A DNA stretch of 64,000 nt from Candidatus Pacearchaeota archaeon (GCA_049511795.1 JBEKXS010000001.1:321497-385496), one strand, 5' to 3'. Shown: positions 46,839-58,100, numbered from the stretch's first letter. Notes: generated by a model from the sequence alone, not told the origin. A program made the numbers and translations.

Positions 46839-47105
46839 ATGAATAAAGAAAGCCAAGTAGAAAGATTAGAATTAGTTAAAAGAGCTCTAACTATTTTATC
46901 TAGTGATAACGAAAAATATTTTTCTGTTGGTAAAATATACAGGCATGGAAAGAGAAAAATGTGGAAACATGGAGATAACTCTCCTGGAACAATTTCTGGT
47001 CTAGAACAATGTCTTGATGAATTAGTTGGAACTGGTTTTGCACAAAGAGTAACCGCAGACTTAGGTGATACTACTAATCATTTAAAACTTTATAGAGTAT
47101 ATTAA
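46839..47105 (+). CDS. hypothetical protein
   Basis: ORF only. Confidence 0.25.
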   Translation: MNKESQVERLELVKRALTILSSDNEKYFSVGKIYRHGKRKMWKHGDNSPGTISGLEQCLDELVGTGFAQRVTADLGDTTNHLKLYRVY

Positions 47106-47115
47106 TTTTACAACT

Positions 47116-47517
47116 CTAAACTTTGTAGATAATCCACTGAGCCTTTCCAGGAAGTTTCTTTTCAAAACCAGCATTTACAGGGTTTAAATTAGGATAATTA
47201 ACCCAAGGATTCATCCAACCTTTGTTTGTTTTCAGAACATAATGCCCAATATCATATTTTTTAGAACGCTCGACAAAAACAATTGTTCCTGGTTTTTGTA
47301 AAAACTTTTTCGTTTTATTATTTACTTTAACATACTGATAGTTTAGTCCATTTTTATTAAGAGCCTTTACTATCTCATTACAATAATAACCTCTTCTTGA
47401 AACATATTTTTTATTAAAAAATTTCAATGCTTTTTTATAATTAATATTTAAAATACTTGCAGTACAAGCAATACCGCAACCAGCAGTATGTTCCTGCATT
47501 ATTGGTTTTAAATTCAT
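47116..47517 (-). CDS. standalone C39-like cysteine peptidase domain protein
   Basis: QEHTAGCGIACTASI matches the C39 Q..CG.AC motif; GHYVL matches the His motif. Confidence 0.5.
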   Translation of the reverse strand: MNLKPIMQEHTAGCGIACTASILNINYKKALKFFNKKYVSRRGYYCNEIVKALNKNGLNYQYVKVNNKTKKFLQKPGTIVFVERSKKYDIGHYVLKTNKGWMNPWVNYPNLNPVNAGFEKKLPGKAQWIIYKV

Positions 47518-47518
47518 T

Positions 47519-48589
47519 TTATAGTCCTAGCTTTTCAGTGAACTTTCTCTTGTCAAAAGGCTCTAGGTCCTGGTAGTTTTGACCTGTTCCAAGGAAAAGA
47601 ATAGGTCTTCGTGTTACATAGCTTACAGAAACAGCTGTTCCGCCTTTTTCATCGACATCTACCTTTGTGAGAATTATTCCGTCAATTCCAACAGCTTCAT
47701 TGAAACTTTTTGCTTGCTCAACTGAATCATTTCCTGTTATACTTTCTCCTATGAAGAGCTTTAGGTCAGGCTTGCAGACATTTGAAATTTTCTCAATTTC
47801 TTTCATGAGATTTTTTGCAGTGTGCATTCTTCCTGCTGTATCGATAAGGACAACAGGAATATGATTTTTCTTTGCATAGCTTATTGCATCAAAACCAACT
47901 GCAGCAGGATCAGAGCCATATTGCTGGCTGATGATTTTTATATTGAGCTTTTCCCCGTGTTTTTTCAGCTGTTCAATGCTTGCTGCACGAAAAGTATCTG
48001 CAGCTGCAATAACACTTTGCAATTTTTTGCCTTTAAGATATTCTGCAATTTTGGCGATTGTTGTTGTTTTTCCTGTTCCGTTTATTCCGACAAAAAGGAT
48101 TACAAACGGATCTTTTGAATTTGCCTGCTTTTCTGCTACTTTAACCACGATGTCAAAAGGATTCATCATCATTTCTTCAATTGTGTCTCTGAGCGTGTTT
48201 TTTATCTCAGATTCTATTTCTTTTTTAATAAGCTCTTTTCCCAAAACATGCCTTTTCAGCTCCCAAATTATTTTTTCAACAGCAGTATAAGCAACATTAT
48301 TTTCAAGAAGAAGATTTTGAAGGTCTTCACTGTATTTATTGAAATCCTGCTCTGAAATTTCTGTTTTTGATATTTTTGACTTTATTCTTTCAAAAAACCC
48401 TTCCTTTTTTTCAGTCACTTCTATCTTTTTTTGCTGTTTTTCTGATTTTTCTCTGATTTCTTCTCTTGGTTCTGGCTTTTTTGCTTCTTCTTTTGAGAAC
48501 TTTTTAGCCCAGCTGCTTATTTTTTCCTTTAAAAACTTAAACATACTTTTCACATGTTTTGCACGTTTATAACTTTTTTTAGTGAACAT
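47519..48589 (-). CDS. ftsY: signal recognition particle receptor FtsY
   Basis: NG domain: GINGTGKTTT, DTAGR, TKVD. Confidence 0.92.
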   Translation of the reverse strand: MFTKKSYKRAKHVKSMFKFLKEKISSWAKKFSKEEAKKPEPREEIREKSEKQQKKIEVTEKKEGFFERIKSKISKTEISEQDFNKYSEDLQNLLLENNVAYTAVEKIIWELKRHVLGKELIKKEIESEIKNTLRDTIEEMMMNPFDIVVKVAEKQANSKDPFVILFVGINGTGKTTTIAKIAEYLKGKKLQSVIAAADTFRAASIEQLKKHGEKLNIKIISQQYGSDPAAVGFDAISYAKKNHIPVVLIDTAGRMHTAKNLMKEIEKISNVCKPDLKLFIGESITGNDSVEQAKSFNEAVGIDGIILTKVDVDEKGGTAVSVSYVTRRPILFLGTGQNYQDLEPFDKRKFTEKLGL

Positions 48590-48623
48590 AAATTTTTATA
48601 AATAAAGTAAGCTGTCTTAGTGA

Positions 48624-49931
48624 ATGAAAGGGATTTTGGTCATTCTTGACGGTCTGGGAGACCTTGATTGCAAACAACTCGACGGAAAAACTCCACTTGA
48701 AGCAGCTGAAATGCCAAACCTAGATTTCTTGGCAAATCGGGGACATATGGGATTTATGTACCCCGTAAGACCTGGCTTTGTGCCTGAATCAGATGAAGCT
48801 GTTGTTTCTATTTTTGGAAATGATATTATGGATAGTTCAAGAGGGCAGCTTGAGGCAAGAGGAGCAGGCATTAATTTAACACGAGGAGATTTTGCAATAA
48901 GGGTCAATTTTGCAACAATAGACAATATTGAATCAGGAAAAATTATTGACCGAAGAGCTGGAAGAACACTTACAACAAATGAAGCAGAGATTCTTGCTAA
49001 GGCGCTTAACAAAATAAAACTTCCTTGCGAGTTTGAATTCAAATCAACAGTACAACACAGAGCTGTTCTTGTTTTGAAGGGAGGCTTTTCAGACAATGTT
49101 TCTGGAAATGATTACACTTACACAGGAGGATCTGCAATAGCTGCTGAAAAAATAGGCGTTTTCAAGCCACTTGATGAAGAAGACAATTCAACATACACTG
49201 CAAACGTATTAAAGGAATTTGTTGATAAGGCATATGAAGTTCTTGACAAGCATCCTGTGAATGAAGAAAGGAGAAGGCGCGGATTGCTACCTGCAAACTT
49301 CTTGCTTATGAGAGATCCTGGTATTGAGCCTCCAAAACTTAAATTCTACAAAAGATGGATGGCTGTTGCCTATATGCCTCTTGAAAAAGGATTTTCAAAA
49401 ATTTGTGGTATGACAAATTTTTCATTTGATTATCCAAAACTGAAAAATCTTGATGCATATTCTAATTTGTGGGACGGATTGAAGAAAGCATGCGAGTTCT
49501 CTGAAAAATCATTAAGAAAAAATTTCAAGGATTTTGATTATGCCTATATTCATTTTAAGGAAACAGATTTTCCAGGGCATGATAATAAACCATTTGAGAA
49601 GAAACATATGTTGGAATATATTGACAAAACATTCTTCAAGTTTTTGGTTTCTTTTGCGCCACCGAATAAAATAAAGGTGATTGTTACAGGGGATCATTCA
49701 ACACCTTGCAGACTGAAGGCGCACAGCGCAGATCCTGTCCCTATAATGTTTTACAACCAGTCCTTACCAAAAACAAGAAGCTTTGGTTTTGGAAGATTTT
49801 TTAGGAAACAAATTTCTGAAGAGGGAGAAAAAGAACAGAATAAAGTAAAGTTCTCTGAAAGAGAGGCAAGAAAAGGCACTTTGGGAAGAATTCTTGGGAA
49901 GGATCTTTTGGAAAGGTTAGGATTTATTTGA
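48624..49931 (+). CDS. apgM: 2,3-bisphosphoglycerate-independent phosphoglycerate mutase, archaeal type
   Basis: N-terminal ILVILDGLGD and overall ApgM length and blocks. Confidence 0.8.
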   Translation: MKGILVILDGLGDLDCKQLDGKTPLEAAEMPNLDFLANRGHMGFMYPVRPGFVPESDEAVVSIFGNDIMDSSRGQLEARGAGINLTRGDFAIRVNFATIDNIESGKIIDRRAGRTLTTNEAEILAKALNKIKLPCEFEFKSTVQHRAVLVLKGGFSDNVSGNDYTYTGGSAIAAEKIGVFKPLDEEDNSTYTANVLKEFVDKAYEVLDKHPVNEERRRRGLLPANFLLMRDPGIEPPKLKFYKRWMAVAYMPLEKGFSKICGMTNFSFDYPKLKNLDAYSNLWDGLKKACEFSEKSLRKNFKDFDYAYIHFKETDFPGHDNKPFEKKHMLEYIDKTFFKFLVSFAPPNKIKVIVTGDHSTPCRLKAHSADPVPIMFYNQSLPKTRSFGFGRFFRKQISEEGEKEQNKVKFSEREARKGTLGRILGKDLLERLGFI

Positions 49932-49996
49932 ATGCTTCTTAATTATGATTTTTTAATACAGTAATCATTAAAAACGCCATGTGTTTTTGAGGCTTA

Positions 49997-50551
49997 ATGA
50001 TAACTTACAACGATATTTATGAAGCTGCAAGGAAAGAGCGATATTCAGAGCAATTGCAGCAAATTTCCAAGAATTTTGTAGAGGAAGTTGCAGAGTATTT
50101 GAAAGACAAGAAGGAAATGGCTTCCAAGGAAGATGATGTTTTTTCAGAGGCAATTGCAAAGACAAAAAAACAGCTGGAAAATGCCATAACTCTTTTCAAA
50201 GAACTTTTGCTTAGAAGAAGGAAAAAAATACTTGCCCTTGTTCTGATTGCAACTGAAACAGGCATTTCAAAACAAGATTTTGAGAACATGCTTGGATTTG
50301 AAAAAGAGCTTTTTGAAGCATTAATGAAAAACATAGACCTGACTGATAAAAGCATCCAGGAAATATTAAACGGCAGAAAGAAGGAAGAAACAAATAACGA
50401 TCTTATCATATTTAAGACAAATGTTGATGAGTTTATGGATATGGAAGGCGGAAAACTTGGACCGTTTGAAAAAGGCCAGATGGCGAACATTCCAAAAAGC
50501 ATTGCTAAAATTCTAATTGATGACGGGAAAGCAGAAATCGTGCAGAGATAG
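49997..50551 (+). CDS. hypothetical protein, possibly GINS (Gins51-like) subunit
   Basis: Helical N-terminus DIYEAARKERYSEQL..FVEEVAEYL resembles the GINS A-domain pattern; weak. Confidence 0.3.
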   Translation: MITYNDIYEAARKERYSEQLQQISKNFVEEVAEYLKDKKEMASKEDDVFSEAIAKTKKQLENAITLFKELLLRRRKKILALVLIATETGISKQDFENMLGFEKELFEALMKNIDLTDKSIQEILNGRKKEETNNDLIIFKTNVDEFMDMEGGKLGPFEKGQMANIPKSIAKILIDDGKAEIVQR

Positions 50552-50554
50552 ACA

Positions 50555-50651
50555 AGCCTGTGGAGGGAGTTGAACCCTCGACCCCCGGTTATTTTGGATT
50601 TTTATTGAAAAATCATACAAAACCGATGCTCTGCCACTGAGCTACACAGGC
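50555..50651 (-). tRNA. tRNA-Thr (anticodon TGT) with an intron of about 25 nt at 37/38
   Basis: Manual fold: acceptor GCCTGTG/CACAGGC, D-stem GCTC/GAGC, anticodon stem TCGGT/ACCGG interrupted after loop TTTGTA by TGATTTTTCAATAAAAATCCAAAAT, T-loop TTCAACT. Confidence 0.65.
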
Positions 50652-50697
50652 GTTATTTTTAGTAAAATCAACTGCTTTAAAATGTTTTCCTTTGGTA

Positions 50698-51105
50698 TTA
50701 AAAATATTCATATTTATCCGCTAACCTTACCCCTTTAGTTTGATTATTTTTTGTTTTTTCTAATCTTAATATTGCTTCAGTCATTCCCTCCATATCTTCT
50801 ATAGGAATAAAATACCCCTTTTTATTCAAGTAGTCATAAATAGCAAAATAATCTATTTCTTTTTTAGTATACCTTTTAACTTGCCAATTATTAGAAGATT
50901 TAATTCTGCAGTGAATTGCCCCTTTAATTGGAGAAGTTGATTTTACTTGAACTCTCTTAAAATTTCCTTCTTTTTCTATCAACAAATCTATTGGACTATC
51001 TTCACCATAAGGTAAGAAAATTTGCCACCCGTTTCTTAAAAACTCAGCAGCGAAACGCATTTCACCTTCTTTTGCAAGCTGTTTTTTTGTTGTCATACCT
51101 ATCAC
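50698..51105 (-). CDS. PD-(D/E)xK-fold nuclease-like protein (Hjc-like size and motif spacing)
   Basis: E..(n)..PIDLLIEKEG..RVQVKS resembles the Hjc E-PD-ExK arrangement (Gln in place of second acid). Confidence 0.35.
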   Translation of the reverse strand: MIGMTTKKQLAKEGEMRFAAEFLRNGWQIFLPYGEDSPIDLLIEKEGNFKRVQVKSTSPIKGAIHCRIKSSNNWQVKRYTKKEIDYFAIYDYLNKKGYFIPIEDMEGMTEAILRLEKTKNNQTKGVRLADKYEYF

Positions 51106-51161
51106 TAACTATGTGACTGGTCTTTATATAATTTATGTTATCAATTTAAAAGATTTAGTAT

Positions 51162-51653
51162 TTACAGCTTCTTTTTCCACTCTTCTAACTTTTGGCCCTT
51201 AAGGTGTTTGTCCAAAATCTCTAATTCCTCATAAATACCCTCTATTAAATCATAATTTTTTGCTTCTTCTAAAGAGACCCATGCATAATCTGTTAATGAA
51301 TTACAAAGTTTTACATCACCGTCGTCATAATCAGCAAATAAACTTACTATTATTGTTGGGATATTATCTGGGCGTATATAAGATAAGCTAGTTACATACC
51401 CTATATTTTTTACTTTTAATGCTGTTTCTTCCTCAACTTCTCTTTTAAGGAGATTCTCAAAAATATTATACCAATGAGAAGACGTGTCTTTTGGGCGAGA
51501 AGAATAATCTTTTAATTCAAGCTTTCCGCCAGGAACAGTCCATTGGTTTGGGAAAGCTTTCTCAGTCGGCGCTCTTTTTGTAATAAGATATTTCCCATCT
51601 TTGATAATAATTCCAGTCACAACAAGATAATGGGCTTTATTCTCGTCATACAT
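51162..51653 (-). CDS. NUDIX hydrolase
   Basis: Nudix box GGKLE...REVEEETAL. Confidence 0.7.
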   Translation of the reverse strand: MYDENKAHYLVVTGIIIKDGKYLITKRAPTEKAFPNQWTVPGGKLELKDYSSRPKDTSSHWYNIFENLLKREVEEETALKVKNIGYVTSLSYIRPDNIPTIIVSLFADYDDGDVKLCNSLTDYAWVSLEEAKNYDLIEGIYEELEILDKHLKGQKLEEWKKKL

Positions 51654-51694
51654 TAAAATAAAGAATTTAGCAATTATATAAAATTAATTGTTGT

Positions 51695-52231
51695 CTACAG
51701 CTTTTTTACAACCCTGAAAATTCTGATTTCACAGAGTGCAAGAGGGTAAATCTTCTTAAGTTTAAGGCTTAAGGGCCTTTGCATTCTGCCCTGTATTAAT
51801 TCTTCAAACAAAGATTCTGCTGTCTTATCTTTTACATAATTTATTATTTCTTCTTTTGCTTTTTCCCTCAAGGCTTTCCTGATTTCTCTTGAGACTTTTT
51901 TTCTTGTAAGCAAAAAAGGCTTTATTTCAACTATAGCATCCTTTGTTTCTGCAGTGAAAGAATCTTCAACATAATTTGCTCCCTTTCTTATCATTCTTCT
52001 TATGAAATATGGAAGAATTACAAACTCCTTTGGATATGCCTTTGCCTTATTATCCTCGACTTTGACGTCCATTGTAAGAAGAACACTCTTTCCTCTCAAC
52101 ATTCTTGTCAAATCATATTGTATTGTCCTTCCATTAAGTTCTGGAAGCTCAAAAGCATAAAGCTGTGTTTCCCTGCCTAGTATCGGCATATCTACATCAA
52201 AAAATTTCTGTTTTTTCTTTGCCTGTGCCAT
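51695..52231 (-). CDS. ribosomal protein eS1 (S3Ae)
   Basis: N-terminal KKKQKFFDV.P and overall S3Ae pattern. Confidence 0.7.
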   Translation of the reverse strand: MAQAKKKQKFFDVDMPILGRETQLYAFELPELNGRTIQYDLTRMLRGKSVLLTMDVKVEDNKAKAYPKEFVILPYFIRRMIRKGANYVEDSFTAETKDAIVEIKPFLLTRKKVSREIRKALREKAKEEIINYVKDKTAESLFEELIQGRMQRPLSLKLKKIYPLALCEIRIFRVVKKL

Positions 52232-52243
52232 TTTTATTTATTT

Positions 52244-52558
52244 TTACTCCTGTTGTATTTTTCCTGCCCTTTTGTTTCTTCTGCCTTGCCTGTATTTTGA
52301 TTTACCGCATTTTTCACATGTGTACATTATGTTTGTCTTTTTTGTTGTTTTGGATTTTCTTTTGAATTTTGAAACAGCTGGTTTTGAATATTTTCCTTTG
52401 TTTCCAATGCCCCTGTTCTGTCCTCTTAACCTTGCCCTATCTTTTGAACCTCTTGTTAAAGCTCCCCTTTTTCCTCCTGTTCCTACTAATTTTATTTTCT
52501 GCTTTGTTTTTTCATTGCAGTAAGGGCAATACCTATTCACTGTTTTTGGTATCTTCAT
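52244..52558 (-). CDS. ribosomal protein eL42 (L44e)
   Basis: CPYCNEKT...GIGNKGKYSK...CEKCGK zinc-ribbon pattern of L44e. Confidence 0.85.
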   Translation of the reverse strand: MKIPKTVNRYCPYCNEKTKQKIKLVGTGGKRGALTRGSKDRARLRGQNRGIGNKGKYSKPAVSKFKRKSKTTKKTNIMYTCEKCGKSKYRQGRRNKRAGKIQQE

Positions 52559-52610
52559 GATTTGAAAAGAAAAAATGTCTTTTTAAAGGTTATCAAGAGA
52601 TGGAAACAAA

Positions 52611-52681
52611 TGGCCCTGCCCAGGATCGAACTGGGGCCTTGTCCACGTCAAGGACATGTTCTACCATTAGACTACAAGGCC
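52611..52681 (-). tRNA. tRNA-Val (anticodon GAC)
   Basis: Manual fold: acceptor GGCCTTG/CAGGGCC, anticodon stem TGTCC/GGACA, loop TTGACGT, T-loop TTCGATC. Confidence 0.75.
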
Positions 52682-52785
52682 TGTAATCTGCAATTCTAAA
52701 CCAATCAGGGCATTACAGCTTATATAAATTTTGTTGGTTAATAATGATAAGTTAAATTTAAATAGAATATTAATTAAATTAACTT

Positions 52786-53010
52786 ATGGCATCGTATCCA
52801 GGAACATATCCCAAAAAAAGTGGTTCAGGATTTTTAGTTGTGATTTATCTATTGTTTGGTATATATTTCATCAATTATGCAATCCAGTTTGTTATTATAC
52901 CTACAGTAGTTACTCAATTTGATAAGTGGATAATTCTTGTTGGAGGAGTTCTTCTTATTATAGGCGCAATAAACCAACTGCGATTAAACAGATACACGAG
53001 AGGATATTAA
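52786..53010 (+). CDS. small two-helix membrane protein
   Basis: ORF with two hydrophobic segments. Confidence 0.3.
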   Translation: MASYPGTYPKKSGSGFLVVIYLLFGIYFINYAIQFVIIPTVVTQFDKWIILVGGVLLIIGAINQLRLNRYTRGY

Positions 53011-53145
53011 TTTTTCAGTCTTATTTGAAAATTTATTTCTATTTTAAGATATTTTATTCTAAGTAACTAACTTAGTAAATAACTAATTTATTAAGAAACA
53101 TTTAAATATGAGAAACCTTTTTTAGATTAAAATTAGGTGGAGCTA

Positions 53146-53283
53146 TGAAAAAATATTTACTTCTTGTAGAAGATGAAAAACTCTGGGAAAAATTTAAGCA
53201 GAATATAAAAAAAGACCTTAATACAGAAATAATAGAACTTATCAGAAAAAAAATTGAAGAGGTGAAGAAGCATGAGAAATAAA
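53146..53283 (+). CDS. 45-aa possible ribbon-helix-helix regulator overlapping the start of the 609-aa gene (not in ORF track)
   Basis: MKKYLLLVEDEKLWEKFKQNIKKDLNTEIIELIRKKIEEVKKHEK: beta-strand then two helices pattern. Confidence 0.25.
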
Positions 53284-55101
53284 AAGGGTCAGGTTACTAT
53301 ATTCATAATCATTGCAGTTGTCATTGTTGCTCTGGTTTTGGGTTATCTTTTGCTAAGAAACTCTATTGCACCACAGAGCATTCCAGGCGACATACAGCCA
53401 GTTTATGACAGTTTTGTTTCCTGTCTGCAAGACAACACCCAAACAGGAATTAGTGTTCTTGAAAGTCAAGGAGGTTACATAAACCTCCCTGCATTTGAGC
53501 CAGGAAATACATACATGCCATTTTCTTCACAGCTTAATTTTGCAGGAACTCAGATACCTTACTGGTATTATGTATCTGGGAATAACATACCAAAAACACA
53601 AATACCCTCTCTTAATGATATGCAAATCGCATTAAGTAGCTTTGTTTCCCAGAAAATAAGAAGCTGCGACTTGAGCTCTTACTATGACCAAGGTTTTGTT
53701 GTCAAAATGGGAAATCCAAGCAGCTCTGTCAATATAAAAAACAGCGAAGTTGATGTTAGTTTGTCAATGCCTCTTACAATACAAAAAGGAAATGAGACAG
53801 CTGTTGTAAACACGCATAAAATTGTAGTTACATCTTCTTTAGGAGAATTATATAATTCTGCGCAAACTGTTTATAATGATGAACAAAAAAATATGTTTTT
53901 GGAAAATTATACAATTGATGAGTTGAGAACTTATGCGCCCGTTGATGGAGTCCAAGTTACATGCGGACCTTTAATTTGGAATGCAAATGATATTTTTGAC
54001 ACATTGCAAAATGCAATAACAGCAAACACTCTTGAATTAAAATCAAATGGGGCTACAAATGACTACTTTGCATTGCATCTTCCTATAAATGATAATGTTA
54101 GATTTTTGACTTCGCAAAACTGGTCAAATAGCTTTGAAGTTTCTCCAGCAGATGGACCAATATTAACTGCTTTGCCCGTAGGAAATCAACAAGGATTAGG
54201 CATTCTTGGATTCTGTTATGTCCCTTACCATTTTGTTTACAATATAAAATACCCTGTTTTGATACAAGTATACAACCAAAATGAAATTTTCCAGTTCCCA
54301 TTTGCAGTTGTTATACAAGGAAACAATCCAAGACAGCCATTGCCAGGAACAGCAACATCTGAAACTCCTAATGATCTTTGCCAATATAATAATACACAAA
54401 TACAAGTTACGACAGTTGATAAAAATCTGAATCCAATAATAAACGCAACAGTTTCATATGAATGCATTCAGCAGGAATGTTCAATTGGTTCAACAGATAT
54501 CTCTGGAAGCTTAAGTGCAAATTTCCCACAATGCGCTAATGGATATGTAATTGCAACAGCACCAGGATTTAAAGATACAAAATATCTTTTCTCAACAGTG
54601 CAGCAAGGTTCTTTAGAAATTATTATGGATAAAGTTTACCAAACAAACATCCAATTACTTGTTGATGGACAGCAATATACAGGCATAGCAATGATAACAT
54701 TTAGTTCAGACTCTTCAACACAAACACTTGCATGGCCTGACCAGAGAACAGTAAACTTAAGTGAAGGTAATGAAAATATAACTGTCCAAGTATATAAGAA
54801 CAGTTCAATAACAATACCTGCAACAACAACACAACAATGTGTGACTGTTCCAAATGGAATTTTGGGAATAATTGGATTGACAAGACAAGATTGTTTTGAG
54901 GTAAAAGTCCCCCAGCAAATAATTTCAAATGCTCTTGCTGGAGGAGGAAATATAGAACAATATTTCCTTGAGACCGATTTGGCGCAAGGAAAAACTTTGC
55001 AGATAAATGCGCCAGGCTTGCCGACACCAACAACAATAGATGATGTTCAAAATAATTATAATTTATTTGACCAAAATCAATTAACTGTTAATTTAGTATA
55101 A
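53272..55101 (+). CDS. large secreted protein with class III (prepilin-type) signal peptide
   Basis: MRNKKG|QVTIFIIIAVVIVALVLGYLLL; 609 aa; Cys pairs; no known domains recognised. Confidence 0.55.
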   Translation: MRNKKGQVTIFIIIAVVIVALVLGYLLLRNSIAPQSIPGDIQPVYDSFVSCLQDNTQTGISVLESQGGYINLPAFEPGNTYMPFSSQLNFAGTQIPYWYYVSGNNIPKTQIPSLNDMQIALSSFVSQKIRSCDLSSYYDQGFVVKMGNPSSSVNIKNSEVDVSLSMPLTIQKGNETAVVNTHKIVVTSSLGELYNSAQTVYNDEQKNMFLENYTIDELRTYAPVDGVQVTCGPLIWNANDIFDTLQNAITANTLELKSNGATNDYFALHLPINDNVRFLTSQNWSNSFEVSPADGPILTALPVGNQQGLGILGFCYVPYHFVYNIKYPVLIQVYNQNEIFQFPFAVVIQGNNPRQPLPGTATSETPNDLCQYNNTQIQVTTVDKNLNPIINATVSYECIQQECSIGSTDISGSLSANFPQCANGYVIATAPGFKDTKYLFSTVQQGSLEIIMDKVYQTNIQLLVDGQQYTGIAMITFSSDSSTQTLAWPDQRTVNLSEGNENITVQVYKNSSITIPATTTQQCVTVPNGILGIIGLTRQDCFEVKVPQQIISNALAGGGNIEQYFLETDLAQGKTLQINAPGLPTPTTIDDVQNNYNLFDQNQLTVNLV

Positions 55102-55102
55102 A

Positions 55103-58100
55103 ATGAAGAAAAAAATGTCAAAGAAAGAGAGAATTTTAACTAGGAAGAACTTTAGCGCTATTCCAATAATTGGGCTATTTTTAATATTAACATTATTTTT
55201 TGTATCATTTGTTTCTGCACAAGGCTCTTATGTAAGGGCAGCACCTGCATACACTTATGGTCAGCAGACAAGCTCGTTCTTTGGATTGCAAAATTATCCG
55301 CAGATTGATCCTAACATGTGCAATAATAGACAAGATTTTATTTTACAAGTAGATCCTCTTGGCTGCACACCAAGTGTTGTTACAAGTGACCTTCTGGGAC
55401 AGCAAAATGTTCCTGTATTTTGCCCTATTGTTGCAACACAATTAAATCCGCTTATGAGCGTAAATGCGATAAATAATATGATATTAACACAGCAGCCTGG
55501 AACAAGCTTTTCAAATAATATTGCTGGTGTAAATTATTTTCCTGCACAAGCTGCACTTGGTCAATATAACCCATCGATAACTTCTCAATATCTGGGGAAT
55601 ATAGGATATGCAACAATAGTTTTAAGACAGCAGCCAAATGAATCTGCAATGCCTAGTTTTGTCCAAGGAAATATTACAGCGCAAATAAGCTATAATATAC
55701 AGAATGCATTTGGCGTGGGAAATGCAGCATATTATTTGCAAACATTAAATGACAGTGATTTTAATAATAATATAAATGCTTACAGTTTCTGGAACGGAAA
55801 AGGGTTTGTAAGACTGGATAGCGCTGATAATACAGGTGCAACTGTTTCTATTTATTCAGGAGTAAGCGGTGCTGCAAGCCAAAGTACTGCCAAACAAAAA
55901 ATTGCTACACTAAATCTAAAACCAGGCGAAACCTCTTCTGATGTTTATCTTCCTGGATTTGGATTATGCATGGGAGGCTTGAAAGTGCAGTTAAACGACC
56001 TTGAAAATCCAGATACAGTTGCAAAAATTGTTGTTGATTCAAATGTTGTTGATTTGAAAGCAGGAGATTCATTCCTTGATGGAAAATGTACTGTTAATAC
56101 TATTACCAAATACGGAATTAATCAGAATGTGCAGATTTCTTGCAGTGAGGATCAACAACATAGTAGCTTTGCACTTGGCATAAATCCTAAAATAAACCTT
56201 ACAATTTCAAACCCAACTATGGGAACAGTAACAAGACCATACAGTGTAGGCGACCATTTATTTGATTTCCAGGACGGGTCAAAAACATATGGGGTTTATC
56301 TTGGGTTCATAGGCAACAACGGGAAAACTGGCTCAATAAATGATGCTTACCTTTGGCTTCTTACAGTTCCTTCTGATGTGAGCACTGAAACATCTTTGTC
56401 AAATGATGAAGTTGCTTCTATAGCTAGTCTTGACAGTCATTTAGTTACTCCAACTGTAGGACAGGGATTTTGGGGTGCAGCAATAACTATTGGAAGTGAC
56501 CTTCTTAGAGGCGCAGGCCAGGGCATAAAAACAATTGTTACTGGAAAGGGCCTTACTCCTATTTCTTATTCAAGTTCTGGAACAAGTGTTGGTGGGACAA
56601 ATATACAGATTCTTGGTTATGCAGGAGCTTATAATGCTGATATTTCCAAATTGCCAGGAAATGTATTTACGTCTTACACAAATGCAATGAATGATTATCA
56701 GACAATTGTCCAAAATTATGGAGGAGAAACAAGTGCTACGGGTTCATCACAGACTACTTATGGAGAACAGGCACTTGAACAAGAAATAAATCTTGCAGGA
56801 AGTTTCAACCAGAAAAAAACTGCGCTGCAACTTTGTCAGCAATATTCACAAAGTTATGGACCTGCTCCTGATAATATATGCAACGACCCTGTTCTTTTGT
56901 CAAGCACGTCTACATCTGAGCAGAGTGTTATTATTAATGGACAGACACATACAATTTCATTTGAAGGAATAACAGCACCAAGTTTTGATCAGTTTGGAGT
57001 AAAACTCACTATAGGATACCCAAATAATGGGGTTCCTATAACTGTTACGTTACAGAAAAATCAGATATATTATGTTAATGAAACAACAGGAGAATATATA
57101 CAGCTTACTGATTTAACTCCTACATCTGCAACTTTTACTACAAACTTAGTGCTTGCAGGAACAACATTGCAGAACATAAAGAATTTTGCATCAAGCACAG
57201 GAAGCCATACACTTAAAGTTGGAACTCAGGATAATTTCGGAGGTGCTTATACATTTGCAATTCAACAGATAAATTTGCAACAGGTAGCAAAAGTTTCAAT
57301 ACAATCTGATATAAATTATGCACACTCAAATGCGAGCTTCAGTTTTAAGATTGGAATTGAAAAGAGCGCAATACAACTAACCCCAAACCAGACAAAACAA
57401 AGAATTAGTGATTTAAACAAAACAATTAATCAATGGCAAAGTCTTCAGAACGATCTTAATACTGTTGTTAAGGTAGGAAAAACAGCATGCCTTATTACAG
57501 AAGTTGGACTACTTGCAAAAAACTTTGTTGCAAACCTCGGCGGTGCAGGAGTTGCAAGACAAGCTGTTATGAGAAATTCTGGAGGATGGGATGACAAGTG
57601 TGCAGCTATGGTTAAGGCAGGGCAGTATACAAGTGTTGAAAATTGCCTTCAAGCAAATTCTGCTGCTGTCGATGCATCTGTAAATACATATGATGCACAG
57701 GTTCAAGCTCAAAACCAAAATATACAGACTCTTAGCCAGGGACTTCCAACAACTACTGTTGCAGGAGAGAAAGTTGCAGATAGTGGGCAGCTTTTCAATA
57801 AGATAAATTCTTCTGTAATAACAGGCCTTTCAAACAACGCCAATGCAATATCTTCTAATGGACAGATAAAAGTTGGTAACCAAAATGTGAATATTGCAGA
57901 TGCAGCCCAAAGAATAAACTCTAACACAGCTACACTTTCACAGGTGGAACAGCTTCAATTAAACTTAGGATTAATAAATTCAAATGATCCTACTGTAAAA
58001 GCTGTTGCGCAAAACCAAGTTCAAAACATTCTTGGGCAGATTTACAGCAATTCAAATCTTTATACTCAGCAAAATGATTTGACAAAACAATATGGTGCAC

